Part shown: positions 43,499-54,096 of the stretch, one piece after another
Position numbering within the stretch: position 1 is the first letter of the stretch
How the letters are laid out: the number at the start of each line of letters is the position of its first letter
Origin: Escherichia phage ECO4
Reading direction: 5' to 3' (one strand)
Length of the DNA stretch: 64,000 bases
Sequence record: NC_054911.1
Position numbers and translations under genes: made by a program
Notes under the pieces: model-generated
What the model was told of the DNA's origin: nothing
What the model saw: the letters and a program-made list of their open reading frames with translations, nothing else
Database searches by the model: none

Positions 43499-44677
43499 TT
43501 AAAAGTATTTTTTAAAACTCATCATAACTTTATCATCAACATCATTATCAATCTGTGCAACAAGATAAGATGACAGTTCTACTTCTTGCGGCGCGGATTG
43601 AACATTATCAGAATTAAGGTATTCACGAATCCAAGGATATGGATGTTTAACCGGAGCATCGGTAATCGGGCATGGAAGACCACACTGTTTCATACGAGAT
43701 ACAGTTAAGTAATCAATAAAGCTCCACATGCTATTTGTATTTAATCCAGGAACATCGCCATCTTTAAATAAATGAACTGCCCAATCTTTTTCTTGGCGGT
43801 TAACTTCCATGAAAATATCAACTGCTTCTTGTTCACACTCTTTGGCAATTTTAACCCATTCATCGCCATCAGTACCAGATTGAAGTTGACGAATAATATA
43901 TTGTGTACCTTTAAGATGAAGCTGCTCATCACGTGCAATAAATTTCATAATCTTCGCATTACCTTCCATGATTTCCATGTTCTTATGGAAGTTGAAAGTA
44001 CATGCAAAGGATACATAAAAACGAATAGCTTCCAATGCGTTGATTACATGCAGACAAAGGTAAAGAGAACGCATTAGTTCGTATTTGCATTCTTCTACAT
44101 GCATAAGGCTATTTGAATATGCGTCCAAATCATATTCATTCTCTGAAAAACACCTAAAAATTTCTTTTGCGTTTTCCCATTCACGAGTTTTCTCAATAAC
44201 ATCATCATAATAACGACCAATAGATTCAGCACGTTTCATGATAGCTTTATCTAATACAATCTCATCAAATACCTTTGACGGATCAGTATAAAGATTTCGC
44301 ATGATATGAGTATATGAACGACTGTGAATAGTTTCACTAAAAGTCCATGTAGCAACCCATGTATCAAGGCTTGGATCTGAAATTAATGACATAAGTACAG
44401 CAGACGGTGCACGACCCTGAATGCTATCTAAAAGTGATTGATACTTCAGGTTATTAGTAAAAATATCTTGCTGATACTGGGGAAGCTTGTTAAATTGTGC
44501 AGCATCCATCATCAAGTTTACTTCTTCAGGACGCCAGAAAAAACTGATCTGCCGCTCAATGAGTTCTTCAAATACTCGATGTCGTTGAATATCATATCGA
44601 GCTAAACCTAATCCAGAACCAAAGAACATTGGTTCGTTCAAAACATCGACTTGTTGTGTATTAAAAACTGTACTCAT
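43499..44677 (-). CDS. nrdB: ribonucleotide reductase beta subunit, uninterrupted
   Basis: 392-aa continuous ORF; no intron. Confidence 0.9.
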   Translation of the reverse strand: MSTVFNTQQVDVLNEPMFFGSGLGLARYDIQRHRVFEELIERQISFFWRPEEVNLMMDAAQFNKLPQYQQDIFTNNLKYQSLLDSIQGRAPSAVLMSLISDPSLDTWVATWTFSETIHSRSYTHIMRNLYTDPSKVFDEIVLDKAIMKRAESIGRYYDDVIEKTREWENAKEIFRCFSENEYDLDAYSNSLMHVEECKYELMRSLYLCLHVINALEAIRFYVSFACTFNFHKNMEIMEGNAKIMKFIARDEQLHLKGTQYIIRQLQSGTDGDEWVKIAKECEQEAVDIFMEVNRQEKDWAVHLFKDGDVPGLNTNSMWSFIDYLTVSRMKQCGLPCPITDAPVKHPYPWIREYLNSDNVQSAPQEVELSSYLVAQIDNDVDDKVMMSFKKYF

Positions 44678-45372
44678 TTAGAATCCTTAAATTTACATTT
44701 ATCATAATGCCATCTTAGAGCATTGCCTTTATTAACTTTCTTGCCACAATGCGGACAAGGTGGATATTCAGTACTTTGCTTAGTTCTCAAAGAAATCAAA
44801 TCACGAGTTTCTTTAGTATGAGGAACATCTCTTGTTGGAGATATTGTACCATACATAGGATTAAGCACGCCGACTTTAGCAGCAGCTATATTCTTTTTAG
44901 CTTCTTCAGTTTTAGGCTTTCTCATCTTTTTCTTAGTTTCTTCGCTTTTAGCCCTTCCTTTGGTTGCCGCCGATATTTTGTGTTTGGTTTCTTCTGTTAA
45001 ACGCAGACCTGTTTTCGCTTTTGACATTTTCAGTCTCGTTTCTTCAGAAATGACCGTACCTTTGCGAAATTGTGAATTTAACTTCTTTGCATGGGCATAT
45101 ATTTTAGAATGAACTTTATAATGACGTTTCTTAGTTCCTTTCATATTGCACATCATGAAAAATGCGAATATAACAGATTTTACCGGATAAATCTTTGATA
45201 AAATAGCATGCGCTATAAAATGTTCTCTAGCTGTTAATTCAACTAAATTTTCTTTATCATCAGAACCTCCCATGCATCTAGGAACTATATGATGTGTCTC
45301 TTTATATTCAGATAAAGGTTCCCGAGCCTGAGCTCGGGAAATTAGGTCGTTATAGATTTTTTGATAATTCAT
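44674..45372 (-). CDS. HNH homing endonuclease (MobE-like)
   Basis: 232 aa; HNH motif HHIVPRCMGGSDDKENLVELTAREH; repeated EET(K/R)xK(M/I)S motifs; between nrdA and nrdB. Confidence 0.8.
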   Translation of the reverse strand: MNYQKIYNDLISRAQAREPLSEYKETHHIVPRCMGGSDDKENLVELTAREHFIAHAILSKIYPVKSVIFAFFMMCNMKGTKKRHYKVHSKIYAHAKKLNSQFRKGTVISEETRLKMSKAKTGLRLTEETKHKISAATKGRAKSEETKKKMRKPKTEEAKKNIAAAKVGVLNPMYGTISPTRDVPHTKETRDLISLRTKQSTEYPPCPHCGKKVNKGNALRWHYDKCKFKDSK

Positions 45373-47636
45373 TACAATTTACACGCTGCACAATCTTCAG
45401 CTTTAGGTGTTTCTAATTCATAGTCATCTGTACCTGACCCATCACGAGTGTTATGATAGTAGAGGTTTTTTCCGCCAAAGTACCAGAAGTAAAGTAGATC
45501 GTCAAGCATTACTGACATTGGTACTTTACCTTTCTCAAATACCGCAGGGTCATAATATGTATTCGCTGAAGCTGATTGACATACCCATTTCAGCATAATA
45601 GCTACTTGCGTAAGATAAGGCTTATTACCTTTCTTAGCTAATTTCCACGTATAATCATACAGGTCTATGTTATGCTCAATATTGGGCACGACTTGATTAA
45701 AGGAGCCCTCTTTTGATTCTTTAACAGAGACTGGTCCACGTGGAGGCTCGATACCGTTTGTACTGTTAGAAACTTGGGAAGATGACTCACATGGCATAAG
45801 TGCTGATAATGTGCTATTACGGATGCCAAAGAGCTTAAGGTCTTCCCGCAGCGACGACCAGTCACAAACGTATTTTGGAGCTGCGATTTGGTCAATCTTT
45901 TTATTGTACCAGTCGATAGGTAATTCGCCTCGAGACCAACGAGTGTCTGAATAATATTCGCAAGGTCCTTTTTCTTTGGCGAGTTTAATGGATGCTTTAA
46001 TGAGTCCATACTGTAATCTCTCAAATAGTTCATGTGTTAAATCGTTAGCATCTTCATAAGAAGCAAAGTTACTTGCCAACCAAGCTGCATAGTTAGTAAC
46101 ACCTACACCGAGGTTACGACGCTTTTTAGCTTTTTCTGCTTCAGGAACTGGGTATCCTTGGTAATCCAAAAGATTATCAAGAGCACGAACCTGGACTTCT
46201 GCCAATTCATTAATTTTATCTTGGTCTTGCCAGTCAAAATTATCTAATACGAATGCAGAGAGAGTACACAATCCAATTTCAGCATCAGGACTATTCACAT
46301 CATTTGTTGGAATAGCAATTTCACAGCACAAGTTACTCTGACGAATAGGTGCCTTTTCACGAATAAACGGAGTATAGTTATTCGTATTATCAATGAACTG
46401 TACATAAATCCTTGCTGTTCCTGAGCGTTCAGTCATGAGCAATTCAAATAGTTCACGAGCTTTAATACGCTTTTTACGAATATTAGGGTCTTTTTCTGCG
46501 GCTTCATACAATTCACGGAAACGGTCTTGGTCTTTAAAATAAGAATAATAAAGCTCTCCGCCCATTTCATGGGGACTGAACAAAGTAATGTAATCGTTCT
46601 TTCCAAAACGTTCCATCATCAAATCATTCAGTTGAACACCATAATCCATATGACGAATGCGGTTTTCTTCTACGCCTTTGTTATTTTTCAAAACAAGAAG
46701 ATTTTCAACTTCCAAATGCCAAATAGGATAATAAGCAGTAGCAGCGCCGCCACGAATTCCACCCTGTGAGCATGATTTAACAGCAGTCTGAAAATGTTTC
46801 CAAAAAGGAATAACACCAGTATGGCGTACTTCACCCATGCCAATCTTAGAACCTTCAGCACGAATCATACCAACGTTAATACCAATTCCAGCACGTTTAG
46901 AGATATATTCAACAATTGAAGCGGAAGCCTTATTGATAGACTTTAATGAATCACCTGCCTCAATAACAACGCATGAACTAAACTGCCGAGTTGGAGTACG
47001 GCAACCAGCCATAATAGGAGTTGGTAATGAAATCTGTCGAGTAGATACTGCTTCATAAAAACGGATAACGTGTTTTAATCTATCAACAGGTTCATCTTGA
47101 TGCAATGCCATTCCAATAGTCATAAATGCAAACTGTGGAGTTTCATAAATTTGACCAGTGGTTTTATCTTTAACTAGATATTTTTCTTTTAATTGCATCG
47201 CCCCGGAATAAGTAAATTCCATATCCCGCTCGTGCTTAATTTTTGATTCTAAAAATGTAATTTCTTCTGCAGAATATTTTGACAACAATTCAGGGTCGTA
47301 TTTACCTTCATTTACACAGTAAGAAATATGGTCAATAAATGAACGTGGTTCATACTGCCCATAAACATGCTTACGAAGAGCAAACATTAAACAGCGTGCA
47401 GCTACATATTGATAATCAGGTTCTTCAACCGAAATAGAATTCGCAGCGGCCTTAATGACAATAGTCTGAATATCATCAGTTGTCATTCCATCACGGAGAT
47501 AAGATTTAATATTTTCATATAATTCATAAGGATCTACTGATGTTCCTTCAGCTGCCCAAGATAAAACTTTAATAATTTTTTGTGGGTCAAAGCTCTGAGA
47601 AACACCACTACTTTTGATAACATTAATTAATTGCAT
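45372..47636 (-). CDS. nrdA: ribonucleotide reductase alpha subunit
   Basis: 754 aa as in T4 NrdA; C-terminal CAACKL. Confidence 0.95.
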   Translation of the reverse strand: MQLINVIKSSGVSQSFDPQKIIKVLSWAAEGTSVDPYELYENIKSYLRDGMTTDDIQTIVIKAAANSISVEEPDYQYVAARCLMFALRKHVYGQYEPRSFIDHISYCVNEGKYDPELLSKYSAEEITFLESKIKHERDMEFTYSGAMQLKEKYLVKDKTTGQIYETPQFAFMTIGMALHQDEPVDRLKHVIRFYEAVSTRQISLPTPIMAGCRTPTRQFSSCVVIEAGDSLKSINKASASIVEYISKRAGIGINVGMIRAEGSKIGMGEVRHTGVIPFWKHFQTAVKSCSQGGIRGGAATAYYPIWHLEVENLLVLKNNKGVEENRIRHMDYGVQLNDLMMERFGKNDYITLFSPHEMGGELYYSYFKDQDRFRELYEAAEKDPNIRKKRIKARELFELLMTERSGTARIYVQFIDNTNNYTPFIREKAPIRQSNLCCEIAIPTNDVNSPDAEIGLCTLSAFVLDNFDWQDQDKINELAEVQVRALDNLLDYQGYPVPEAEKAKKRRNLGVGVTNYAAWLASNFASYEDANDLTHELFERLQYGLIKASIKLAKEKGPCEYYSDTRWSRGELPIDWYNKKIDQIAAPKYVCDWSSLREDLKLFGIRNSTLSALMPCESSSQVSNSTNGIEPPRGPVSVKESKEGSFNQVVPNIEHNIDLYDYTWKLAKKGNKPYLTQVAIMLKWVCQSASANTYYDPAVFEKGKVPMSVMLDDLLYFWYFGGKNLYYHNTRDGSGTDDYELETPKAEDCAACKL

Positions 47637-47953
47637 AAGTCCTCAACTTGAAAATCGTCTTTAAACAATCGGTTAACTATATGAGCTATTATATCACCAT
47701 GACACGGCTTTGGTTTACATGTGCATCCTAGCCTCATTCCACGTAAAGGCTCTAAATGTGCTTTAGTTATTTCTCCGGATTTAATTCGACGTATAAAATC
47801 TTTTTTGAATAATTCAATGGCAGCCTCCCGGCTGCCAGCATCTTTACCGACGTAATTTCCCCAAAATGTACCACGGTGAATATTAACATCAAAGTCGGAT
47901 TTATATTTATTCACTACTCGGCATATACGGCCTGCGCGGTTGTAAGTGTTCAT
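47627..47953 (-). CDS. DUF4326-like protein with C-x-C-x4-C-H-G-D motif
   Basis: 108 aa; GNYVGKD...[13 protein letters not shown] resembles the DUF4326 signature. Confidence 0.5.
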   Translation of the reverse strand: MNTYNRAGRICRVVNKYKSDFDVNIHRGTFWGNYVGKDAGSREAAIELFKKDFIRRIKSGEITKAHLEPLRGMRLGCTCKPKPCHGDIIAHIVNRLFKDDFQVEDLCN

Positions 47954-48182
47954 ATTGTTCTTCCGTTAAAACAGTAATATCGTAGTAACAGTCAGAAGAA
48001 GTTTTAACTGTGGAAATTTTATTATCAAAATACTCACGAGTCATTTTATGAGTATAATATTTTTTACCATAAATGATAATAGGCTGATTTGGTCCTGGAA
48101 CTTCTAGCTCACTTGGATTAGGAAGTGTAAAAAGAACTGCACCAGAAGTATCTTTAAATCGTAAAATCATATATCCTCGCAA
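47907..48182 (-). CDS. hypothetical protein
   Basis: 91-aa ORF. Confidence 0.5.
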   Translation of the reverse strand: MRGYMILRFKDTSGAVLFTLPNPSELEVPGPNQPIIIYGKKYYTHKMTREYFDNKISTVKTSSDCYYDITVLTEEQYEHLQPRRPYMPSSE

Positions 48183-48193
48183 TTAAATTGAAA

Positions 48194-48505
48194 TTACACC
48201 GCCATCTTTCCTTTAATTGGCGGGTGAGATACATAGTTGTTAAGAACAAAATTATGCGGCTTTGCGAATTGACTCAACCAAAATACCTGTGATTCTGTAC
48301 CCCATTCATCGAATTCATCTGGAAATTTTAATTGCAATTCGCATAAATCCATAGGTTCACGACGCAAAATTTCTTTACATTGTTCTACGTGATTCATATA
48401 GATATGAGTATTACCACCAGAAAATATCAAATCTCCCGGAATAAGATTACACATCTTAGCTACAATATGAACTAACGTAGCATATGATGCAATATTAAAT
48501 GGAAG
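48194..48505 (-). CDS. td: thymidylate synthase, exon 2
   Basis: Encodes LPFNIASYATLVHIV...; preceded by intron 3' end ...ACATAATG. Confidence 0.9.
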   Translation of the reverse strand, partial: LPFNIASYATLVHIVAKMCNLIPGDLIFSGGNTHIYMNHVEQCKEILRREPMDLCELQLKFPDEFDEWGTESQVFWLSQFAKPHNFVLNNYVSHPPIKGKMAV

Positions 48506-49521
48506 CATTATGTTCAGATAAGGTCGTTAATCTTACCCCGGAATTATATCCAGCTGCATGTCACCATGCAGATCAGACTATATCTCCAACTTGTTAAAGC
48601 AAGTTGTCTATCGTTTCGAGTCACTTGACCCTACTCCCCAAAGGGATAGTCGTTAGGCATTTATGTAGAACCAATTCCATTTATCAGATTTTACACGATA
48701 AGTAACTAATCCAGACGAAATTTTAAAATGTCTAGCTGCATCTGCTGCACAATCAAAAATAACCCCATCACATGAAATCTTTTTAATATTACTAGGCTTT
48801 TTACCTTTCATCTTTTCTGATATTTTAGATTTAGTTATGTCTGAATGCTTATGATTAAAGAATGAATTATTTTCACCTGAACGATTTCTGCATTTACTAC
48901 AAGTATAAGCAGAAGTTTGTATGCGAACACCGCACTTACAAAACTTATGGGTTTCTGGATTCCAACGCCCGTTTTTACTTCCGGGTTTACTGTAAAGAGC
49001 TTTCCGACCATCAGGTCCAAGTTTAAGCATCTTAGCTTTAACAGTTTCAGAACGTTTCTTAATAATTTCTTCTTTTAATGGATGCGTAGAACATGTATCA
49101 CCAAACGTTGCATCAGCAATATTGTATCCATTAATTTTAGAATTAAGCTCTTTAATCCAAAAATTTTCTCGTTCAATAATCAAATCTTTCTCATATGGAA
49201 TTTCTTCCAAAATAGAACATTCAAACACATTACCATGTTTGTTAAAAGACCTCTGAAGCTTTATAGAAGAATGGCATCCTTTTTCTAAATCTTTAAAATG
49301 CCTCTTCCATCTCTTTTCAAAATCTTTAGCACTTCCTACATATACTTTATTGTTTAAAGTATTTTTAATCTGATAAATTCCGCTTTTCATAAATACCTCT
49401 TTAAATATAGAAGTATTTATTAAAGGGCAGTCCTACAATTTAGCACGGGATTGTCTACTAGAGAGGTTCCCCGTTTAGATAGATTACAAGTATAAGTCAC
49501 CTTATACTCAGGCCTCAATTA
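48506..49521 (-). mobile_element. group I self-splicing intron in td (1016 nt)
   Basis: 5' junction TTCTTGGGT|TAATTGAGGCCTGAGTATAAGGTGACTTATAC and 3' junction ACATAATG|CTT recognised as the T4 td intron; carries I-TevI. Confidence 0.9.
48653..49390 (-). CDS. I-TevI intron-encoded GIY-YIG homing endonuclease
   Basis: 245 aa; N-terminal GIYQIKNTLNNKVYVGSA... GIY-YIG domain. Confidence 0.9.
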   Translation of the reverse strand: MKSGIYQIKNTLNNKVYVGSAKDFEKRWKRHFKDLEKGCHSSIKLQRSFNKHGNVFECSILEEIPYEKDLIIERENFWIKELNSKINGYNIADATFGDTCSTHPLKEEIIKKRSETVKAKMLKLGPDGRKALYSKPGSKNGRWNPETHKFCKCGVRIQTSAYTCSKCRNRSGENNSFFNHKHSDITKSKISEKMKGKKPSNIKKISCDGVIFDCAADAARHFKISSGLVTYRVKSDKWNWFYINA

Positions 49522-50070
49522 ACCCAAGAAAACATCTACTGATCGTTGATACCACTGCAAATCCAAATAGCCATTACGCACATTAAACTGATAGAACATA
49601 TGACAGGGCGGTAATGCCATTTGATTGATTTCAGCTGGATTCCATGCAGAAACAATTTGACGCCTATCATTTGGCAGTTTTTTAATACGATCAATAACTT
49701 CTATAATTTGATCTACACCGCCAAAATCACGCCACTGTTTTCCATAAATTGGACCAAGTTCACCGCTATGGTATCCTAAATCTTTTGCTTGATTTTCGTA
49801 ATTTTCATCCCAGACTGTTTTGCCTTGAATTAATGAATCGTGCTGAATTAATCGTAAATCATTGACATTTGTGCTTCCTGATAAAAACCAAAGCAGCTCA
49901 GCAATGCAAGCTTTCCAGGCGAGCTTCTTAGTTGTTACCGCAGGAAAACCTTTAGTTAAATCCCAGCGTAATTTAGTACCAAACAAAGCAATTGTTCCTG
50001 TGCCTGTTCGGTCATCGGTTTCATAGCCATTTTCAAAAATGTCTTTAATTAAATCTTGGTATTGTTTCAT
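49522..50070 (-). CDS. td: thymidylate synthase, exon 1
   Basis: 183 codons ending ...QRSVDVFLG; exon 1 plus exon 2 give 286 aa. Confidence 0.9.
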
Positions 50071-50115
50071 TTAGTACCTTATATAAATTATAATACATTT
50101 TATGAAGCTAAATAA

Positions 50116-50463
50116 TCAATACGGTTTAGCATCAAATTTTCTCTCAATTTCAGGCGTGAAATATAATTCTTTACCGCGTTTGGAAAAGCGACCAATAATA
50201 TGATAATTATTCTCATCAAACGTGATATTACCAATATCCATAGCTTTCAACCAAATATCGATATTTCTATCCAGCTTTATGTCAAAATTCCAATACGGAG
50301 AACTATTACCGAAAATACTACAAGCGGATTCAGTGAAACAACTGCTATAAATCTTGTCTTTAGGAACTACTAATTGATAGACACCTTTAATAAACTGAGG
50401 ACCCTGCCACTTTGGCTGTTTCTCATCTTTTTCTAATAGAATAGGGTAATAATTAAAATTCAT
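50116..50463 (-). CDS. hypothetical protein inserted between frd and td
   Basis: 115-aa ORF, ATG 20 nt after frd stop; no motif recognised. Confidence 0.55.
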   Translation of the reverse strand: MNFNYYPILLEKDEKQPKWQGPQFIKGVYQLVVPKDKIYSSCFTESACSIFGNSSPYWNFDIKLDRNIDIWLKAMDIGNITFDENNYHIIGRFSKRGKELYFTPEIERKFDAKPY

Positions 50464-50482
50464 ATTTCCGCCGCGCGTTATT

Positions 50483-51305
<823 letters not shown>

Positions 51306-51321
<16 letters not shown>

Positions 51322-51665
51322 TGAAAGGGGCCAGAAGCAAATCCGCTATCTTTAATCATTTTAACTAAAGTTACCATTCCTCTGTTAACTGCTTGCGAGA
51401 TTTCATCAAAAACTTCATCACTATCACCATAAAGATCGCTAAAAAGTTCTAACACGTTCTTCTGAACTTTTAATTTACAGCCAACAAATTCGCCTACAGT
51501 AAATTCGTTTCCGCCAACTCCAGCGTAAAACGTAATTACACCAGTTAATGGTCTTTCACTAGAACATAGGTCGTGTGATAAATTAATATAAGCCGTCCCG
51601 GGTGCAGTTTTAAGTTGGCAACGAATACTTACTCGAGCAATTCCAGCTACACGAATGTCAGACAT
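51306..51665 (-). CDS. hypothetical protein (frd.2 position)
   Basis: 119-aa ORF. Confidence 0.5.
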
Positions 51666-51675
51666 ATTATTTTCC

Positions 51676-51918
51676 TCAAATAGACTTTTTCACAATTTTC
51701 CAATCAGCTTTAAACTGCTCGACGTCAGAATGGTAAATCCAAAATCCTGCGCTTTCTCCATCCTCATAAAGAGGGCATCCATCACATTCATCTTCCCATC
51801 CCATATCGCGTAAAAGGTGTTCAGCTTTTTCAACAAGTTCAGAATCTTTACCGATGATATTAAAATACCATTTACCTCTAACTTCTGAATCTTTGATACT
51901 CTGACGTTGTAATCTCAT
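51676..51918 (-). CDS. hypothetical protein (frd.3 position)
   Basis: 80-aa ORF with AAGGAGA RBS. Confidence 0.5.
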   Translation of the reverse strand: MRLQRQSIKDSEVRGKWYFNIIGKDSELVEKAEHLLRDMGWEDECDGCPLYEDGESAGFWIYHSDVEQFKADWKIVKKSI

Positions 51919-51928
51919 TTTATTCTCC

Positions 51929-51997
51929 TTAGCAAGCTTTAATCAAAAGATATAAACAGACCAACATAACTGCTGCCATAATATAAGGTGCGAACAT
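51929..51997 (-). CDS. candidate 22-aa hydrophobic micropeptide (not in ORF track)
   Basis: ATG at 51997 preceded by GGAGAAAAG; translation MFAPYIMAAVMLVCLYLLIKAC; just downstream of promoter 52028..52057. Confidence 0.3.
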   Translation of the reverse strand: MFAPYIMAAVMLVCLYLLIKAC

Positions 51998-52027
51998 TTT
52001 CTTTTCTCCATTAGTTTTGATAGGGTA

Positions 52028-52057
52028 ATAGTATCACACTACTACCCCGTTGTAAAC
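52028..52057 (-). promoter_or_regulatory. early-type promoter
   Basis: Minus strand GTTTACA - 17 nt - TACTAT with TGn. Confidence 0.5.
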
Positions 52058-52059
52058 AA

Positions 52060-52320
52060 TTATTTTTGAATTTTATCGAGCCACTTACCAAGCTTAATCA
52101 TTTCTTTAGTAGCCTTTTCCATACTTCTGAACTTAACCAATAGAGGATAGGTATCGACACCCATAACTAAACTGGTTACAAGACTGTGTTCACCCACAAG
52201 CCATAACGAATACGTTTGAATATCGAGTCCGTAATTTCTGTCTTTATGGACCCGTACACCCATCACTTCAAATTTCTCACTAGCTTTTTCTACCGCATCC
52301 AGGAAATCATCTTTAGTCAT
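52060..52320 (-). CDS. hypothetical protein
   Basis: 86 aa from ATG 52320; ORF track start 52362 lies inside the upstream gene. Confidence 0.45.
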   Translation of the reverse strand: MTKDDFLDAVEKASEKFEVMGVRVHKDRNYGLDIQTYSLWLVGEHSLVTSLVMGVDTYPLLVKFRSMEKATKEMIKLGKWLDKIQK

Positions 52321-52321
52321 A

Positions 52322-52708
52322 TTAGGCCTTAAAAGTTTTTCGCAAAAGTTCAATGATTTCATCTACATTGTTTTCGTCAACAATGCAGTGAATTTTTGTT
52401 ACGCCAGAAACTATACCTTCATTAGCGGATTGAGGCTTTTCTAAAGTTACCTCAGTAAAGTATTTGAATTCTTCAGGGTAAATCTCAAAATACGTCTCAA
52501 GTGGGCCACCCGCCATGTATTCAGTGCCGTCTTCCATAGTTACACGTACCACACAGTCACCAGCACAATCATCACTTTCCATTTCATCTACAACAAAACT
52601 AGGTCCGTGCTTCTCTATTAAATTTAGCATCATTACATTGCAACGGCACTCGTTAGCAAAGTCATTTTTAAATAAAGGGTTAATGATATAAGTTTTTCCA
52701 ACTTCCAC
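52322..52708 (-). CDS. hypothetical protein
   Basis: 128-aa ORF. Confidence 0.5.
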   Translation of the reverse strand: MEVGKTYIINPLFKNDFANECRCNVMMLNLIEKHGPSFVVDEMESDDCAGDCVVRVTMEDGTEYMAGGPLETYFEIYPEEFKYFTEVTLEKPQSANEGIVSGVTKIHCIVDENNVDEIIELLRKTFKA

Positions 52709-52754
52709 TTTGATTTCCTCATTTTAACGGGGCTATCAAATAGCCCCTTGATAA

Positions 52755-52985
52755 TTATTGTTCAATCAGTCCCATGTAAAATTCTGCGTCTTCAGAATCC
52801 ATGCCATCGCAATATTCATTAGCCATAAAGCGGGTAAGGTCTTCAAGAGGACCTTCAATGACAATAGAAAAATTGCAATAATTGGGATCATCATGAATAC
52901 TTGTGATACTAAGTTCAGGATAACGATTACGAATAATCTCTTCAATATATTCAAAATCAACGATGTCAATATCAACTTTAGCCAT
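52755..52985 (-). CDS. hypothetical acidic protein (alternative start 53006)
   Basis: 76 aa from ATG 52985 with AAGAGGAAAA RBS; the ORF track's longer start overlaps a terminator and promoter. Confidence 0.5.
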   Translation of the reverse strand: MAKVDIDIVDFEYIEEIIRNRYPELSITSIHDDPNYCNFSIVIEGPLEDLTRFMANEYCDGMDSEDAEFYMGLIEQ

Positions 52986-53026
52986 ATTATTTTCCTCTTT
53001 AATCATCAGCAGTATTGCCGATAGTT

Positions 53027-53058
53027 GTATAGTACCATAAAGCCTTATGTTTGTAAAC
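53027..53058 (-). promoter_or_regulatory. early-type promoter downstream of gene 32 terminator
   Basis: Minus strand GTTTACA - 17 nt - TACTAT with TGn. Confidence 0.5.
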
Positions 53059-53077
53059 CGTTTTGTGAAAAAATTTT

Positions 53078-53109
53078 TGAAATAAAAAAAGGGGACCTCT
53101 AGGGTCCCC
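53078..53109 (-). terminator. rho-independent terminator after gene 32
   Basis: GGGGACC-TCTAG-GGTCCCC hairpin followed on minus strand by TTTTTTTATTTC. Confidence 0.8.
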
Positions 53110-53131
53110 AATTAATTAGTAATATAATCTA

Positions 53132-54040
53132 TTAAAGGTCATTCAAAAGGTCATCCAGGTCCGTGTCATCAGCACTAGATGAACTGCCAGAGCTTGAGCT
53201 CATAAAATCATCTTCAGTTTTTGTATTGAAGTCATCAACATTGAATGCATCCAAATCATCAGCAACTTTATCAGCTTTCTTAGCAGCAGTTGCAGCGGCA
53301 CCGCCAATCACAGCAGTTCCCATAACTTGACCGAATTTAGTATTCAGTTCTTCAAACGATTTGAATTTATCTTTAGAAGTCATTTCAGAAAGGTCAACCA
53401 TTTGTTCGAACAGTTCTTTCTGGAAAGATTCATCGTCAATGTTTGGAATCGCAGATTGATTCAGGAATTTAGATTCGTCGTAGTTACTAAAACCAGAAAC
53501 TTGTTTAACTTTCAGTACAAAGTTAGCACCTTCCCACGGACAAGTTACATCAACCGGAGTTTCACCCATTTCAACATCAACTGCAATCATTGCATTGATT
53601 TTATCCCAGATTTTCTTACCGAAACGGTATTTAAATACTTTACCTTCATTTTCTGGAGCAGCTGGGTCTTTTACTACAAGAATGTTAGCCCAGTAAGAAG
53701 TTTTACGTTTAACAAGACCGTACTCTTTATTGTCAGTGTTGTATAAATCATTTTTATTGATGTACTGACATACTGGGCAAGAATCGTAATCACCGTGGGT
53801 AGATGAACAGTTTTCAATATACCATTTACCATTTTTCTTGAAACCGTGATTTACAAGAATTGTGAATGGTGCTTGTTCATCATTTTTAGACGGAAGAAAA
53901 CGAATTACTGCTTGACCGTTACCTGCATTGTCGAGTTTCAGTTTCCACTCGCCTTTATCTTCAGAAGAAAAACCACCTTTATTTCCAGCCAGTTTAGCCA
54001 TTTGTGCAGCGAGTTCAGCAGTAGATTTACGTTTAAACAT
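53132..54040 (-). CDS. 32: single-stranded DNA-binding protein gp32
   Basis: 302 aa; N-terminus [17 protein letters not shown] and zinc site C-x3-H...C-x2-C; acidic C-terminus. Confidence 0.95.
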   Translation of the reverse strand: MFKRKSTAELAAQMAKLAGNKGGFSSEDKGEWKLKLDNAGNGQAVIRFLPSKNDEQAPFTILVNHGFKKNGKWYIENCSSTHGDYDSCPVCQYINKNDLYNTDNKEYGLVKRKTSYWANILVVKDPAAPENEGKVFKYRFGKKIWDKINAMIAVDVEMGETPVDVTCPWEGANFVLKVKQVSGFSNYDESKFLNQSAIPNIDDESFQKELFEQMVDLSEMTSKDKFKSFEELNTKFGQVMGTAVIGGAAATAAKKADKVADDLDAFNVDDFNTKTEDDFMSSSSGSSSSADDTDLDDLLNDL

Positions 54041-54063
54041 TTTTATTTCCTTTTTAATTTAAT

Positions 54064-54096
54064 TAACAGTTGGTGCTATGACGATGTATGACCTCA
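54064..54096 (-). promoter_or_regulatory. gene 32 translational operator: 5' leader H-type pseudoknot
   Basis: Minus strand TGACC AGCTATGA GGTCA TACATCG TCATAGC forms two interleaved stems, followed by an A/U-rich tract up to the ATG. Confidence 0.7.

Noticed and set aside
43499-44677. Looked for a group I intron in nrdB
   Set aside because: The ORF is continuous (392 aa) with no internal stop or intron-like insertion.
52986-53111. Long version (118 aa) of the ORF next to gene 32
   Set aside because: Its 5' part overlaps the gene 32 terminator hairpin and an early promoter; internal ATGs at 53006 or 52985 with a strong RBS are more plausible starts.
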